Notes: generated by a model from the sequence alone, not told the origin. DNA of 63,010 nucleotides, filler included, from Rhabdomonas costata (GCA_019059605.1; 50 parts of 50 records of this genome joined end to end with filler, not necessarily neighbours in it); one strand, 5' to 3'. Positions 1 through 13,480 are shown, counted from the first letter of the whole stretch. Translations and numbers: made by a program.

Positions 1-241
1 GTGGTTTGTGGTTTTCTCCATCTCGCGCTCTCTGAATTTGCATTTCGAAGCAATTTTACTCGCTCTTGAACGTCTTCCCTTCATGAGATTCAAACTCTCC
101 TCTCCTTCAAGCTTTTCCAAACTTCGCGCATTCGCTTTCCTGTTGGATGGGACGGGACTCGCTCCTTTTCTCCGGGGTGGGGGACCTTGCACTGAGGCTT
201 CTTCTTCACTCCCAGGTATCGCCGAAACTCTTTGACCTCGT

Positions 242-245
<4 letters not shown>

Positions 246-274
<29 letters not shown>
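246..274. repeat. (CA)n microsatellite
   Basis: Direct read of a CA run. Confidence 0.95.
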
Positions 275-276
<2 letters not shown>

Positions 277-421
277 ATGGTATCTCACGCCCTAAAATGA
301 TGCTATGAAGTGTTTCATCCCGCTCCCACCACCAACAAGGAATGTACGAGACAATTGGATGGGTGTGCGGTGGAACCACGCCCCTAGGCAACGCAGCTCG
401 AGGTAGGGGTGACACGCACAC

Positions 422-787
422 CGTGATGTTCGTCTTCCCAAACGGGGAGCCGACGTTGTAGATCTCTCCAACCTTTCCGCGGTGCAGGACGGTGTCGAAG
501 GCCCGCGCGGCGTCCTCGGCGAACAAGAAGTTCCGGCTGTGGAGGCCATCCCCGTGCACGAAGCAGGAGCGGTTGGCGGCCAGCAGGCACACCGACTTGG
601 GGATGAGCTTGTCCGGGAACTGCCGCGGCCCGTACACGTTGTTCCCTCGGGTCATGATGATGGGCATGTTGAAGCTCTTGATGTACCCCCGGCACAGGAA
701 CTCCGCCGCGGCCTTGCTGCAGGCGTAGGGGTTGGTCGGCGCCATTGTGGAGTCCTCCGTGTTCAATAGGGTCTCTCCACCGTACAC
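422..787 (-). CDS. Internal exon of NDP-glucose 4,6-dehydratase (RmlB/RHM/TGDS-like extended SDR)
   Basis: VYGGE...PTNPYACSKAAAE (YxxxK), TRGNNVYGPRQFPDKLIPK, HGDG..SRNFL, GEIYNVG. Pyrimidine tract + CAG acceptor (790-788), donor GTGTGC at 421; 366 nt, phase 0 on both sides. Confidence 0.93.
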
Positions 788-1164
788 CTGAGAAAAGAAT
801 GGGCAAGTATTCGTCAAATATGGGACGCGGTTTCACACTGCCGTTTGAACCGAGGCAAGACAAAACAGGAGTTCTTTTGATCCATTTAACCGATTACGGT
901 GACTCCGGGAGGCTTCGATTTCTGATAACCACCAAACAGTAATTTCACTGATCGATTACTAAAATTAATCGATTAGTCCAATGTGAATCCTAAGCGGGAA
1001 AAACAAAACAAAACAAAACAAAAACAGGAGCAGCAACCTTATGAGGCCCGTGAAAGGAGGAAGGGTTGGATGACCCCATTGCCATGCCATCGCTCAGATC
1101 ATAACCAAAGACAAACCTCGTCGGTGCTAACGTGAAGGTAGCGCCGCACTCCACACCACACCCC

Positions 1165-1264
1165 NNNNNNNNNNNNNNNNNNNNNNNNNNNNNNNNNNNN
1201 NNNNNNNNTTAATTAATTAANNNNNNNNNNNNNNNNNNNNNNNNNNNNNNNNNNNNNNNNNNNN
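1165..1264. other. Artificial contig spacer N44-TTAATTAATTAA-N44; first of 49 identical spacers recurring about every 1.26 kb up to 61752-61851
   Basis: Identical 100-bp block with stops in all six frames recurs at regular intervals; flanking sequences are unrelated. ORFs ending in XXXX/LIN are artefacts of it. Confidence 0.99.
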
Positions 1265-2293
1265 GTGTTGTTGTGCACTCTCACTGCTCCGGGTTTGCAA
1301 TGGTGTGGCCATCCTTTAGCTTTCCGCCGGGTCTGGTTTGCATACCTAAGGGTAGAGCCCCGGAGTACTTCCTACTAGGGCCGGAATTCTTGTGTGGGCT
1401 TTTAAGGCCCTTTTTGGGTGTTTGGGGGCCTTTTTGCTTTTACACATTCTTGGAAGGACTTGTTTTTTGGGCTTGTATCCGTGTCTGTCATTCACTGTCC
1501 GACTCTCTACTTGCATTACCATTCCAACCCGATGCTGTCCGTATTTATCTCTGTGTTTTGGACCTTTTGCTCGCCTCCAGGTTAGGTTCGAGAGCACTGG
1601 GGCCGTCGAGACCCATGTGCCGGGGAAGCACACCTTGTCTCGTCCTGAGGTGGGACCACACCCTGCTCCCCCGCCTTTCTTCCACGATTTCCCGCCCTGC
1701 AACGTCTTTTGGCTGTTGTTCAATGCCGAAGGGCGCATCGCCTGACACGGGAGCCATCAATGGTCCATTTTATATGACTCTGCACTCGAATTCAAGAGGG
1801 AATGAGGGTGCAAACGCTCGCGTTCCTTGAAACAGAATGTCAGGGCCGCGAGACACAAGTGCATTGCAGTCGTTGGGCAGCGGAGGTGTGCAGGATTTTC
1901 CCCGCAAATGGCCAGCAGCAATGGCTTTCAGACCTGGAAATGATTGAAGAGCGTAAACAAGGATAAGGAAGGGGGACGGGCTGGTGAAAACTTCACACAC
2001 ACACACGCCCACGCGGGTGATTGTGGAAAGGCCAAAAGCCGAAAATGAGGACAGCACCCCCCAAAAACCATAGTCGTCATTCGAAGGAAGCACCGCCAGA
2101 GAGAGTGCAACAGCAACGGGAGCGAGCGGGAGAGGCAGGGAATGTGGGAGAGAGGGCCAGGAGCCGAGAGGAGAGAAGGGGCGTAGAAAGAGGGTAGCGG
2201 GGATCAAGCACGGAGCATCCAGGGAGAACAGAGACGCAGAGCAGGAGAGGCCGACCGCAGGAAAGAGACCCCCGACACTCCCAGGGGCGAGAC

Positions 2294-2420
2294 TTGAAAG
2301 CCGCAGCCGAAAGCAGGTGGAAGACGAGCACGTGTGCCCCAGGAGTGCGATGCTGGCACGGGATATCATGCAAGTTCCAACGGTGTCCCTTTGTGCACCC
2401 AAGGGAGGAGCAACAAAAAC
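2294..2420 (+). CDS. Fragment encoding a CCCH zinc finger (C-x5-C-x4-C-x3-H, Nab2-like spacing); possibly a degenerate gag/ORF1-like region
   Basis: CWHGISCKFQRCPFVHP at about 2351-2401. The same frame is open from about 2042 except for one TAG near 2195. Confidence 0.45.
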
Positions 2421-2528
2421 AAACCCCNNNNNNNNNNNNNNNNNNNNNNNNNNNNNNNNNNNNNNNNNNNNTTAATTAATTAANNNNNNNNNNNNNNNNN
2501 NNNNNNNNNNNNNNNNNNNNNNNNNNNT

Positions 2529-2820
2529 TGGTGGTGGGTGGTGACCACTGTGGACTGACTGGCGCACACGCTATTGGCCACGGGTGCTCGTGAGAGCTGA
2601 GCCGCAATGGAGCAATGCAGGTAGCCGGTGGAAAAGAGCAGCTGGGCGACAATGGCCCGGGGCCCGTGGGGCAGAAGGGAAGTCACCAGATGTGGGACGT
2701 TCGGTGGTGAGCCGTTTTCGGTTCCCCACGGCACCGTTCGCTCCAACGGCACCTCTCGCGAGCACCCGTGGCCAATAGCGTGTGCGCCAGTCAGTCCACA
2801 GTGGTCACCACCCACCACCA
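2529..2820. repeat. 68-bp inverted repeat (2529-2596 / 2753-2820, 1 mismatch)
   Basis: Arms compared by eye; the left arm lies at the contig start. Confidence 0.92.
2654..2802 (+). repeat. Dispersed ~145-bp element, copy A (copy B at 31984-32134, minus strand)
   Basis: Shared blocks cccgtggggcagaa, gtcacca.atgtgg.acgttcgg.ggtgagccg, ccccacgg, ttcgctccaacgg, tggccaatagcg.gtgcgcc. Confidence 0.88.
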
Positions 2821-4345
2821 GTCAACCAGTCCACCAGGCAACAGCCAGCGCGCAATGCGCCCAACATACACGGATAGTTTCCCGTTTTCCGTGTATGCCA
2901 GGATACATCTGTCTGGGGCTTGTAGAAAAACACCGTCCCGAGTCGACCCACCTCAAACTTTTGTTCAGCTGGGACGAAGGAAGGAAACAACAGAAAAGGA
3001 AGTCAAGCAAGGTAGAAGGCGAGAAGGATAAATGTCCTGAATGGAACAAAACAGCAACAGCAGGCATACAAAAACACACTGACATGCCCCCTAAAAGATA
3101 CCTTTGAACCTCTTTCGCATGCGAGAGTCAGTGCCACGGGGCTTCCTCCAGCTGGGCCTGACTCGAACGAAGAGATCACCGAAACAAAGAACAAAACACA
3201 AATGGCAAATACTTACAACAAGTAAAAGTAATCAGCTTCCACTTCTGTATTGGTGCTTTCCTACTATTGTCCTTCCTTTGGTATGTGGAGTGGGCATCCC
3301 ACTCGACTCCGGCCCTCGCAGGGCTCCTGCGCTTCTCGCGGTGCTTCATCCTGCAAGCGAGCTCCGGTATGTCTCTTCTCTTTTACTTCGGCTAGAACTT
3401 TGGTGTGCAGAAGTGGGAGGGCGAGTATGGCCCGAAAATAACTGACAGAAGGAAAGACAAGGATGGATGACAAACCAGGGGCATAGTCTAGCTGCGCATA
3501 ATTCAGGAAGGAAGGAAAAGTAAGGTGGGATTGTCGAGAAAAGTTAGTCCATCCCAGGACAATCAACTGAAACCAAACTGCCATCCCACTGCCCTTATTA
3601 TCAATTTTTTATTTTTTTCCTGCGAACAGCTTGCACTGTGAATTCTTGAATACGCAAGGAAGCAGATGTGAGAAACAAAAACACAACAANNNNNNNNNNN
3701 NNNNNNNNNNNNNNNNNNNNNNNNNNNNNNNNNTTAATTAATTAANNNNNNNNNNNNNNNNNNNNNNNNNNNNNNNNNNNNNNNNNNNNGTGTTGTTTTT
3801 TTTTTTTTCATTTCCAGCCAAATTTTGCGGATGGGGTCGAAATGCAAAAAAAAAAACATGCAAATCAGGTTCCACTTTTTTCCCAGCCCTGCGGCACGTC
3901 GCAAAAGGACCGGGCAGCTGCGGGCATTGTGCAACAAGCGAGAAGCTTGTGCTGCGAGGTGGACGTTATCTGATTCGTCATTTGTCCCGTTTGCTTCCCT
4001 ACAATCCTCCAGCAAAAAGCACTGTTGGCAGGTTTTGAAGTGGACAGTAGCTTCGGTTCTAGACGCTTGGTTCGCGACAAGATCTTCGAGATGCAGCCAT
4101 TCGAAAATTCGCCTTGGCTATTGAGCATGACACGGGTGAAGTGTGGGCAGAAGGAGTGGGACACCCCATATCAATTGGGATCTCGGATCAAACAGCAACC
4201 ATTGCGAACTGTTCGTGCAAAAGAGAGATAAGGACAAAGCCTGAGCTGCTCGCTGTGCGCTCACTGTTCCAGTTCCAAGTAAGAATAGCAGAACAACATT
4301 GAAGCAAGAAGGAAAGCAGGAGATGTCGAGAGACAGAACAGACAC

Positions 4346-4459
<114 letters not shown>

Positions 4460-7089
4460 AGAGAAGGCAAACAGAATTTGACGGGATGGTATTGCCACCT
4501 GACCTGAGGGGAGAGAACTTGACTGCAGATATCAATAATCCTCCAAAGGGAGTGCAGGCGAGGGGCTCGAAACTGGTTGATACATGGGTTTCCCAAAAAT
4601 CCAACATGTGAAACAGCTGAACAAGAGGAAAGGTGGATAGAATTGGCATGAAGGCTGGGTACCAACATAGACAAAGCACGAGGATCGGAATGAACACAGT
4701 GCAGCCAACAAGACAGACGCGCATCCGTGCACAGAAATCGACCACAGAAAAACGGGGAAATGGGTCAACATGGTGACATCAATCTCATTTTTTCACTATG
4801 TACACTATGTACTGTCCTATGTGCTGTCACAAAAGCACGTGCACCTTTCGCAGAGACCTGCGGCCCAAGAAGAGGCACATGCCCTCCTCGTGCCTACCAA
4901 TGGCGGTCTCCGGACTCCTGCACTCCAGCCAAATAAAAGCGAAATTCAAAAGAACCAAANNNNNNNNNNNNNNNNNNNNNNNNNNNNNNNNNNNNNNNNN
5001 NNNTTAATTAATTAANNNNNNNNNNNNNNNNNNNNNNNNNNNNNNNNNNNNNNNNNNNNCCCTACCTCAAAAACATCAACGGGTCGATTTCCGGAGGTCG
5101 ATTTTCTGCCCTGAAAACCCCATTTCCTCGGTGGACCTGGGTGGTTCCATTCGCCTCTTCGGGTGCCTAACTTCTTGGAAAGCCGTCACTTGCTACATCC
5201 TCGAATTTGTCCCCCTCCGCCGCAAAGGCGCTGTCCAGACGCTAAAAATGCGCCTTAGGAATTTTACGGGCAGGTTGTGCCCAAAAGTTTCTTTATTTGG
5301 TGTTATCCGTTTCATCTGTTGCCCCGCCGTGTGACGGCGGGAAATATTTTCTAGGATGTCTTGCGTTGGGTTTTGAACGGGAAGTTGTGCGGTAAATATC
5401 GGGTTTGTTGCCGGCATTTTGGACACTTGTCAAGGTGGTGCGTTTCTCGAACACGGCGCTCTGGATCTTTAACAAACCTCTACTACCACCAGTCACACGC
5501 TTTCTATCCGCCGAGCGACGTCCGTGCCTCCTACCTCTTGCGGGTGGTCGTGGATCCGGGCTCCGCTTCTGACAGCCTGTATCCCGACTTAGCTTGCACT
5601 AAGTTGGCGCCGCCGCGGTTTACCTGGGCGGTCTGTCGCCGCCGCGTGGGCTATATCTTTGGTTTCTGGCTTGGTTGTGTATGGCGTCGGGCTCTCAGGT
5701 TCCGCGCTTGCTTGGTCTAGCTGGGGGCGGGGGCTCTTTAGCTGAGGCCGGGCCGGGGTCTTGGGCAAAGCGGGTGGTTTAGCTGGACGTCTCTTGCTTT
5801 GGCTTCTGCTGGTTGCCCGTTTCAAAGGCCTTTGCTTTCGAGGGTTCCGCTGGGAGGTGGGGTCCGGGAGGTCTTGCCTCTACCCAGCCGTCCTCTTACG
5901 CCTTATCCGCCCAAAAACAAGGCAAACAGGAAGGAAAGGGCACCAAAGCACAGCAAAGGGGAAAGTGAGAATGTTCAGCTCTCAGCCTCTTTAGCCTCGC
6001 TCCGCTGAGATTTTTAGCCGCAAAATGTAAAATAGGTAAACAGCTTTCTATTCACAACCCGAAACCACCACGAAAACCAAAGCATACTCAAATTAAACTC
6101 AACCAAAAAGCATCAGACGTCAGACGTCAGTTTCCAGACCTTTTATCGGGATCTCTTTCCTAATCTCTTGAAATCGGCGTTGAAGAACACCGACTTGTTT
6201 CTCTTTTAATCCACCACCAAACCNNNNNNNNNNNNNNNNNNNNNNNNNNNNNNNNNNNNNNNNNNNNTTAATTAATTAANNNNNNNNNNNNNNNNNNNNN
6301 NNNNNNNNNNNNNNNNNNNNNNNGGTCAAGTCTGGGAGGTGCTTCAAAAGGAGGCATTGAGTCCTGGTACGCAAGTGGAGGAGCATGGACAAGAAAGTGC
6401 CGAGGCCAATAATGTGATTAAAGAAATTGTGTCCCACGTGGAAGAATCAACTTTCACTGAGCGCATGTGTTTTCGTCGTTCTTCCTGGCGTTCACAAGCT
6501 GCTTGCTTTCCGCTATTTTCCTTTTTTTTCTTGGTCTTCTGACATCCTGCCCTCTGAAGTGACTTGGTCTATGTTTGTTTGCTATGGTGACCTCTGTCCC
6601 AATCGCAGTCGAAGCCCCGCCCATTTTCGGCGCTGCGGGCTGTCCTTATTCGCTGCATTGCGAAGATGGCGATTGATACCAACCAGCGCAACAAGGCGTC
6701 GGATCACCTGCGGCGACAGGTTATGTGACGGACCCTTTTTTCATTCAACGTTTTCGTCAGAAAAAGGAATATGGACGTGAATGCCAAGAAAGGTGGCACA
6801 TCAAAAGTGTTGTGCCTTAATAAAGGGAGGATGAGGTGCCACCCAGTATTTCGACCACCCCGCCCCCCTGCGGGGTTCTGTTTTGGAAGTGATTTTTTTT
6901 GAAGCTGTTCTTCTTCATCTCAGTGCGATATACCATCAGCCCGGGTTGACTGACTGCATTCAAAGTGAGCCATGATCCTCCTGTGATGTGCGTGCTGCTC
7001 GATGTTGACAGGTTGCGGAACCGGCCGCAAAGGACCGCGGTAAATTCCCATTAAATTAGATGACGCACATGCACACTCACTCCCCGCAG

Positions 7090-7155
7090 GTTTCCTACCG
7101 CAACGAAAACGAGGCTCAGCAGAAGACCGAGGACTACATTGTGCTCCGAAAAAAT
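7090..7155 (+). CDS. Small internal exon of unknown protein (VSYRNENEAQQKTEDYIVLRKN)
   Basis: tccccgcAG acceptor, GTGTGC donor, 66 nt open frame with GC-rich third positions. Confidence 0.55.
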
Positions 7156-10100
7156 GTGTGCCATGACGGCGCTCTTATTTTCTAATGTGGAATGTTGATT
7201 TTATCATAGCAGTGCTCAGGTGCCATAGAGACTGGCTCCGTTTGCTTTGGCTTTTGGCAAGAGGTCATGTGAAGGGAAATGGCTAGCCAAGCGCAAGGGA
7301 CTGGTCCGACAAGCGCTTAGGGTACGCTTTCAGATTCGTGTAGAGGTTTGGACTTTTTGAATTGCCGCTGCCCCAGTGTTCTTGGGTTCGGCGCAGTTAT
7401 TTGGATGTGTGGTGGTGGTGGATGTGGAGTGTTGGAACAAAACCGTCTGGGGACACGGAGGGGGTAGCTGTTTCAGTTCAGCCCAANNNNNNNNNNNNNN
7501 NNNNNNNNNNNNNNNNNNNNNNNNNNNNNNTTAATTAATTAANNNNNNNNNNNNNNNNNNNNNNNNNNNNNNNNNNNNNNNNNNNNGTGGTGTGGTGCAT
7601 GCGTGTGTGTGTGTGTGTGTGTTCCGGAGCGCTGGTCGGGACTTGTGGCCGCGCATTTATATCCGCTTGTATTGTCCGGTGTACTCACCGTAACGTAACT
7701 TTTTGCAGACATATGCTGCGCTTCGTAAGCACGTGGGTGTCCTTGGTTGTTGGAAGGATGCAAAAGCCTTTCGCCGGTTGCAGTGTTTGTATCTGAACTC
7801 TTTTTTATATTCGTTGGACCAAGCGGATGGACACACAGCGAATGGACGGAAAGGCACAACACATTCGAAGTTCAGTTTAATTGCACTGAGGTGGTTTGGG
7901 AATATTTTAACTCCACTTCCGATTCTCCGGGCGCTTTTGGTCTCCTTTGCGCGTATGCAGATCCCCTTTGCTCTCATAGCTGCGCGTTTTCCGCCTGGCT
8001 GGGCGTAATCCGATACCAGGGAACGCAAACATCGGTGCACAGGTCGGATCCAGTCCGCGAAAAAAAAAACCGAAATCCCGTCCCCGCCTAGAAAGAGGCA
8101 CTTGCCGCCACCGCTTTCGGGCCACGGCGGGCCGAAACAGACCATATTGGCCATTTGCCGTGAAAGAGACAACCCGCAAGAAAAAACCACTTTCTTGACA
8201 ACCGTCGTTAAACCTGACCGCCTGAAAATCCATAATCTGTGTAACCCGTGTTGCTGGCATTTCCTGCCGCGTGGTGAAACGATTTGTGTGGGCCGCTCAC
8301 CTTCACGGGCCGGTTCCCGGTTCCAATGCCCGGTTTGGACGCCACCGCCCGAGAAACGAAGATTCCGAGGACTTTTGAGGCTTTTCCTTTGGCGGGAAAC
8401 AGCGTACAATTCAAGTACACCCACACAAAATCTGAAAAGCAACAAGCGCGGAAAAACAAACCAGGAGAAGGAGGGAGAAAATAATAGCAGCTTCGACCTC
8501 CCTTCCGCAATATAATGTCTCGAACGTCTTCGACCAAAGGACCGCATTGAACGTGTTTCTCAAAAGCATTTCCTATTCCGGCAACGGTATCTGAAAACGT
8601 GGGACTTTTGAGTTGACGCTTTTACTTGCAATTGTCCGACGGGTTCATGTGACTCTGGCAAAGATCGCTGATTCAAACCAAGTTTGTGAGGCAAATTTGG
8701 ATCTAAAAACCACGCAACGTCACGCATAAAAATATACTACCCACCCACCNNNNNNNNNNNNNNNNNNNNNNNNNNNNNNNNNNNNNNNNNNNNTTAATTA
8801 ATTAANNNNNNNNNNNNNNNNNNNNNNNNNNNNNNNNNNNNNNNNNNNNGGGTTGTGTGTAGACTACAACACTCCAATGGTGTCGGAGTCCCGCTGCCGT
8901 TCCACCGTTCTCCCGTTCCCTTTGTTTCTGTTTGAGCGAATGATTGTCTAAAAAAGAAAGTGAGCAGACCACCTGTTCTTTCTCCTCTCCTCTCCCAAAA
9001 GGCAAATCCTCGCCGCACCAAGACACAGCTATGTACACCCAGCAAGCAGGTGGATACACAGGGGAAGCAACCTCAAAAACAGCACGCTCTCTGAGCCATT
9101 TACACGGAGACACAGCAGCGAGGAAGGCAAAGGGCAACAGAAAACGGAAAAGCCCGACAAAGACGGCCACAAACGATGGCAGGGGTCTCACGCCACGTGG
9201 ACCTTATCGGTGATCTCATCTGCCACACGGGTGACCAGGTGGGCATACTTCTGCAGGGCAAGGCCCAACCGCTGTCGAGGGCCAGCCCCCTCGGAAAGCA
9301 CGCTCCTCTGCATGTACTGGCACCTTATCCCAAACTCTATGAGCAGAGTTAAGGGAGGGAGAGGAGTTGCTCTTCAACAGCACACCCCGAGGAGTGATGA
9401 CTCGCAAGGCCTGCCACCCTTCCAGTATTCACACCCTGACGGTGTGGAGGTTTCGCTCAGATTTGTGGTCGGAGCGTGTATGTGGATAGGCTCAGAGTAG
9501 GCCTGGGCGACTTTTGAGGTAGTGTGTGGGTGTGGGTGTGGGTGTGGAGAGGGGAGGATGAAATTGGCTGGCGCACCGACGTTGTTGGCCATCATCGCTG
9601 TTCTCTCCTGTGCACTGGGCTTGTAGTCCGTGTATCCAACCTGTGAAAAAGAATGCCAGAGGCAAGAGTGTAAAGCAACTTAGGAGCAGATGATTAACCA
9701 TCAACTCCAATGCACAGGCCCCTTTTTCTCAATTTTCCAACAGATCTCGGTCCTTGGGGAAGGGTATGGAAATGCTGAAGAATGGTGGCTCCCTTCGCTC
9801 TCTGCCTATGCGCCGCTGCTGCAATCCCAGAACTGCCACGGTCACCGCGTTGCACTCAACCACTAGGGTGAAAATGCAAAAGTGTTCGTGCCCATTACCC
9901 TTGCCCATTACCTAACCCTACATGCCGGGAAACAAAAGTATCCGAAGAAACCCTACATTTCTCAAAGTACCCAAATATCACTTTGATGCGGAGATGTATT
10001 CCCAAAACCACCNNNNNNNNNNNNNNNNNNNNNNNNNNNNNNNNNNNNNNNNNNNNTTAATTAATTAANNNNNNNNNNNNNNNNNNNNNNNNNNNNNNNN

Positions 10101-13100
10101 NNNNNNNNNNNNGTGATGCAACATTCAGGACGCTCTTATTTTCGAAATTTTTTTGCGCGCTTTTTTTTGTGTGCCGACACTCCACGTTTGATTTAGTCGA
10201 TGGCCCTGCAGTGCTTTGCGGAAGGTGAGTCATGGCCTTTTGCTTCGGTAGAGCCTCCAGCACGCGTACTGCGTGCGCCCGCAATGGAGGCTTTCATCAG
10301 CAATTTTGGCGCCCGTCACAAGCTGACCTTGAAAGGCATCGAACAAACTGGCGACTTCTGCCCTGCCCACACCACCGCTGTCATTATCTGCTGCCTTCGT
10401 CTGGTTTGTAGCACACCATTGATTTTGGTGCGGGTCAGTGTTCTGCTTTGCGGTGGACCTCCCTGTGGGCACTTGTCTATTGTCATTTGGATATTATGCG
10501 CAAGGTGTTATTCGAGATTGGGCTGAGCACCGAAGCAGTTTCGCGAGAATGAGACTTCTATTCGGGTCGCATCGTACCGCGGGCGAAGAATTTGATTTGC
10601 CTGCCTGTAAGGCACAGGGTCGTGATCAGGTGGACTGCTGCGATTCTCGCACCAAGCGGCTCCAGAATCTAGCGAACGGTTACGTCCGAACACGGAGTCA
10701 CTTCCAACGAGTTTGAAGAGTTTGAAGATTCACCAAACATGGCTTGGGGAGCTATTGATGTCTTTCCCCAGAGGTGTCCGGATTCGCTGATTGACAGCCC
10801 CATTGTTTCAAACTGTGTGGTTAGGGTGATTTGACGTTTTGTATAACTGACAGTGATGTGTGTGGTGATGTTAGATTCCTAATGAATGCAGGTCAGAAGC
10901 GTCCATGGCTAAAGGACGAATCCACACCTCCCACCCCAAATACTCACAACCCCGTGAACTGCGATTCGATGTGGATAACTAGGCGATGCACACTCGTTTC
11001 ATACAAAAAGGTACCTCCCTTTTTCCTACTTGCTTGTCCCCCACGTTTCTGTGCTCTTGTGTTCAGCGACCACTGAACAATGGTCTGTTGACAACTCTTG
11101 AAACGATTCATTAATAAAGTGTGTATAGCTTGTCTTGATTTTCATGTAGTCTTCTTGAAAGAAAGGATGCTCGCCGCTGGCTTCCTTACGAATTCCACTA
11201 CTCAACATGTTATGCAGGGTTATGCAAGACAAAATAAGAACGGAATATTTCCCGATGCATTCAACACCCACNNNNNNNNNNNNNNNNNNNNNNNNNNNNN
11301 NNNNNNNNNNNNNNNTTAATTAATTAANNNNNNNNNNNNNNNNNNNNNNNNNNNNNNNNNNNNNNNNNNNNGTTTTTTTTGGATTTGAAAAAAATCAGAT
11401 GAGGCTATAGAATGAAAACCTACAGAACAAAGTGTTCAAACAGGGAAGTGCAGACAGACAAAACGGCAGAAAAAATCAAATGAGAGCACCACCAACATAG
11501 AGAGGTGCGCGTGGTATGTTAATTATCCCCTCCTGCTAGAAATATTTCCCTCCACTAACCTAGTTAGTCAGTGTGCTCTCGGCGTGGTGTGGCAGTCCAA
11601 TTACGGGTGATGCGATAACCTGTCTTTTCAATCTTCGTGCTGTGTCAAATGTTTTTTGAATAGAAACAGACTTTATAACCACGATTGATCCCTTACAATA
11701 CTGGAACCTCGAAAGCAGCAGGAAATGGAAAGTGAAACACAGACACATCAATTTGTTTTCAATGCGCTGATTCCCGGCTACCAAGTGTTACGGAGAGGCG
11801 ACTCTTGCAAAATAGAGAACAAGCTAAGAACAAAACCAAACTTTTTGGGTTCAGTTTCTTTTTCGGAACATTTAGGAAATAAAAGAAGACACAATTCAAA
11901 AGACGCAACTTATTAGAAGTGAAGTCTCTCCATAACTGTGTGCTGAATGAAGGGCATCTATAAAATTCTCGATTTTTACTCGATCCAGATCCAAATTACA
12001 AAACACCGATTCTTTCCCAATGCCCTTCTCAAATATGACCATCTCGCACGAAATATTGCATCACAAATATCATTTGAATGTTGTATAAACGGAAGTGAAT
12101 TTCACTCTTTTCCAGCGGATAATCTCTAGAAAAACGCCACGATACCACCAGTCCCTTTTATCCAAAACTCGGCTCTCGGGCGATAATTTTGGTGCCTATT
12201 GGCTTTCTATGCTAGTGTGTGTCAACTGAGCGAAAACAATCTGGAAATCGATGGGAAATTCTCTCTGATCCAGTGCGGACAACAGTATCACCATAATAAT
12301 TCTGCTTTCCAATTATCCCAGTATTTTTCTCAAACAATAAAGAAAATCTTCACAAAAATTCCAAAAATGGGGCCATTTGTAAAATTCTGCTTCTCAGGCC
12401 GTGCTTTCTACGTGCAAAATGGGCAGCGCAAGAATATTACAACTGATGTGGATGTACAGGAACAAAAATTTGGTACAAACTACCATGAGACTCTCTTGTA
12501 AGACAGAGCCTTTCCATCCAAGAGCACAAACAAANNNNNNNNNNNNNNNNNNNNNNNNNNNNNNNNNNNNNNNNNNNNTTAATTAATTAANNNNNNNNNN
12601 NNNNNNNNNNNNNNNNNNNNNNNNNNNNNNNNNNTTTTTGGAAACTAGGACATTCAATCACAGTTGCAGACTTAGTAATCAAGAAGATTGAAGTGCACAC
12701 AGGTCAAACTATACAATAATCACACTCAACCGGTGACGAAATACGTCCACGTTTAGGGGAATCTTCGTAAATTACCATTCAAGTCGTTTCTTTTATTAAC
12801 ATCATAGACTAGATAGATTACCACTTCCTTCATAAGTTAAATCATGTAACTGGAGTAGACGCACAGTTTACACTATTATTAGTACCATGCGCACTTTACC
12901 GTAGCAAAATATATGAGCAGCTTATACAATACCAATATACTAGAAGCGTCCGTTGGATCCACAGCTTGACCTTTCATTTGAGGCGCAATTAGAGATGTTC
13001 ACTGTTGCTGCATTATTTCCATTTACTTACACGTAGTTCTGAGACTAAATGTCAGATTTCTTGAGATCGTTCATCAGTGGTAGTATATCAGTTGCAAGAA

Positions 13101-13480
13101 GTATAAAGCTGAGGACATGTTGACTGCACTAGTTGCTGTTATATTGACCACCATACACTCATCTACAGCCTTTTTTCAAGAGATTAAGCACACTATTTTG
13201 TATTACTGCATGACCATTTTTCTATAAGAACAACCGGCTATTACCACCGAGACAAAATCCGACAGTTTCGACGTTTCCGTAGAGTAATTCTAATGCAAAA
13301 TTGTGATCACAGGCTACTTCCACTCCAAGACGTGAGGAGGTTTTTCCTTTGTTGTTGAAAGCTCAAGTACACAGCATATATGAGGTAGATAATCGCAATT
13401 ATGACCGCTGGGACTGCCGCAGGATTTGAGAGGAAAATTGAGAAGCGCAAGAATCTTTCACACGAAATTATGTCCACGAG

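Noticed and set aside
5061..5073. 13-mer cctacctcaaaaa shared with 16792-16804
   Set aside because: A match this short is expected by chance in a window of this size, and the flanks do not align.
8040..8080. Spliced-leader-like T-run followed by CG on the minus strand
   Set aside because: No GT donor follows and there is no similarity beyond the T-run; no SL RNA gene was found in the window.
7657..8547. Longest ORF in the track (296 aa, minus strand)
   Set aside because: No recognisable motif, no codon bias like the real exons, TTG start; probably a chance ORF.
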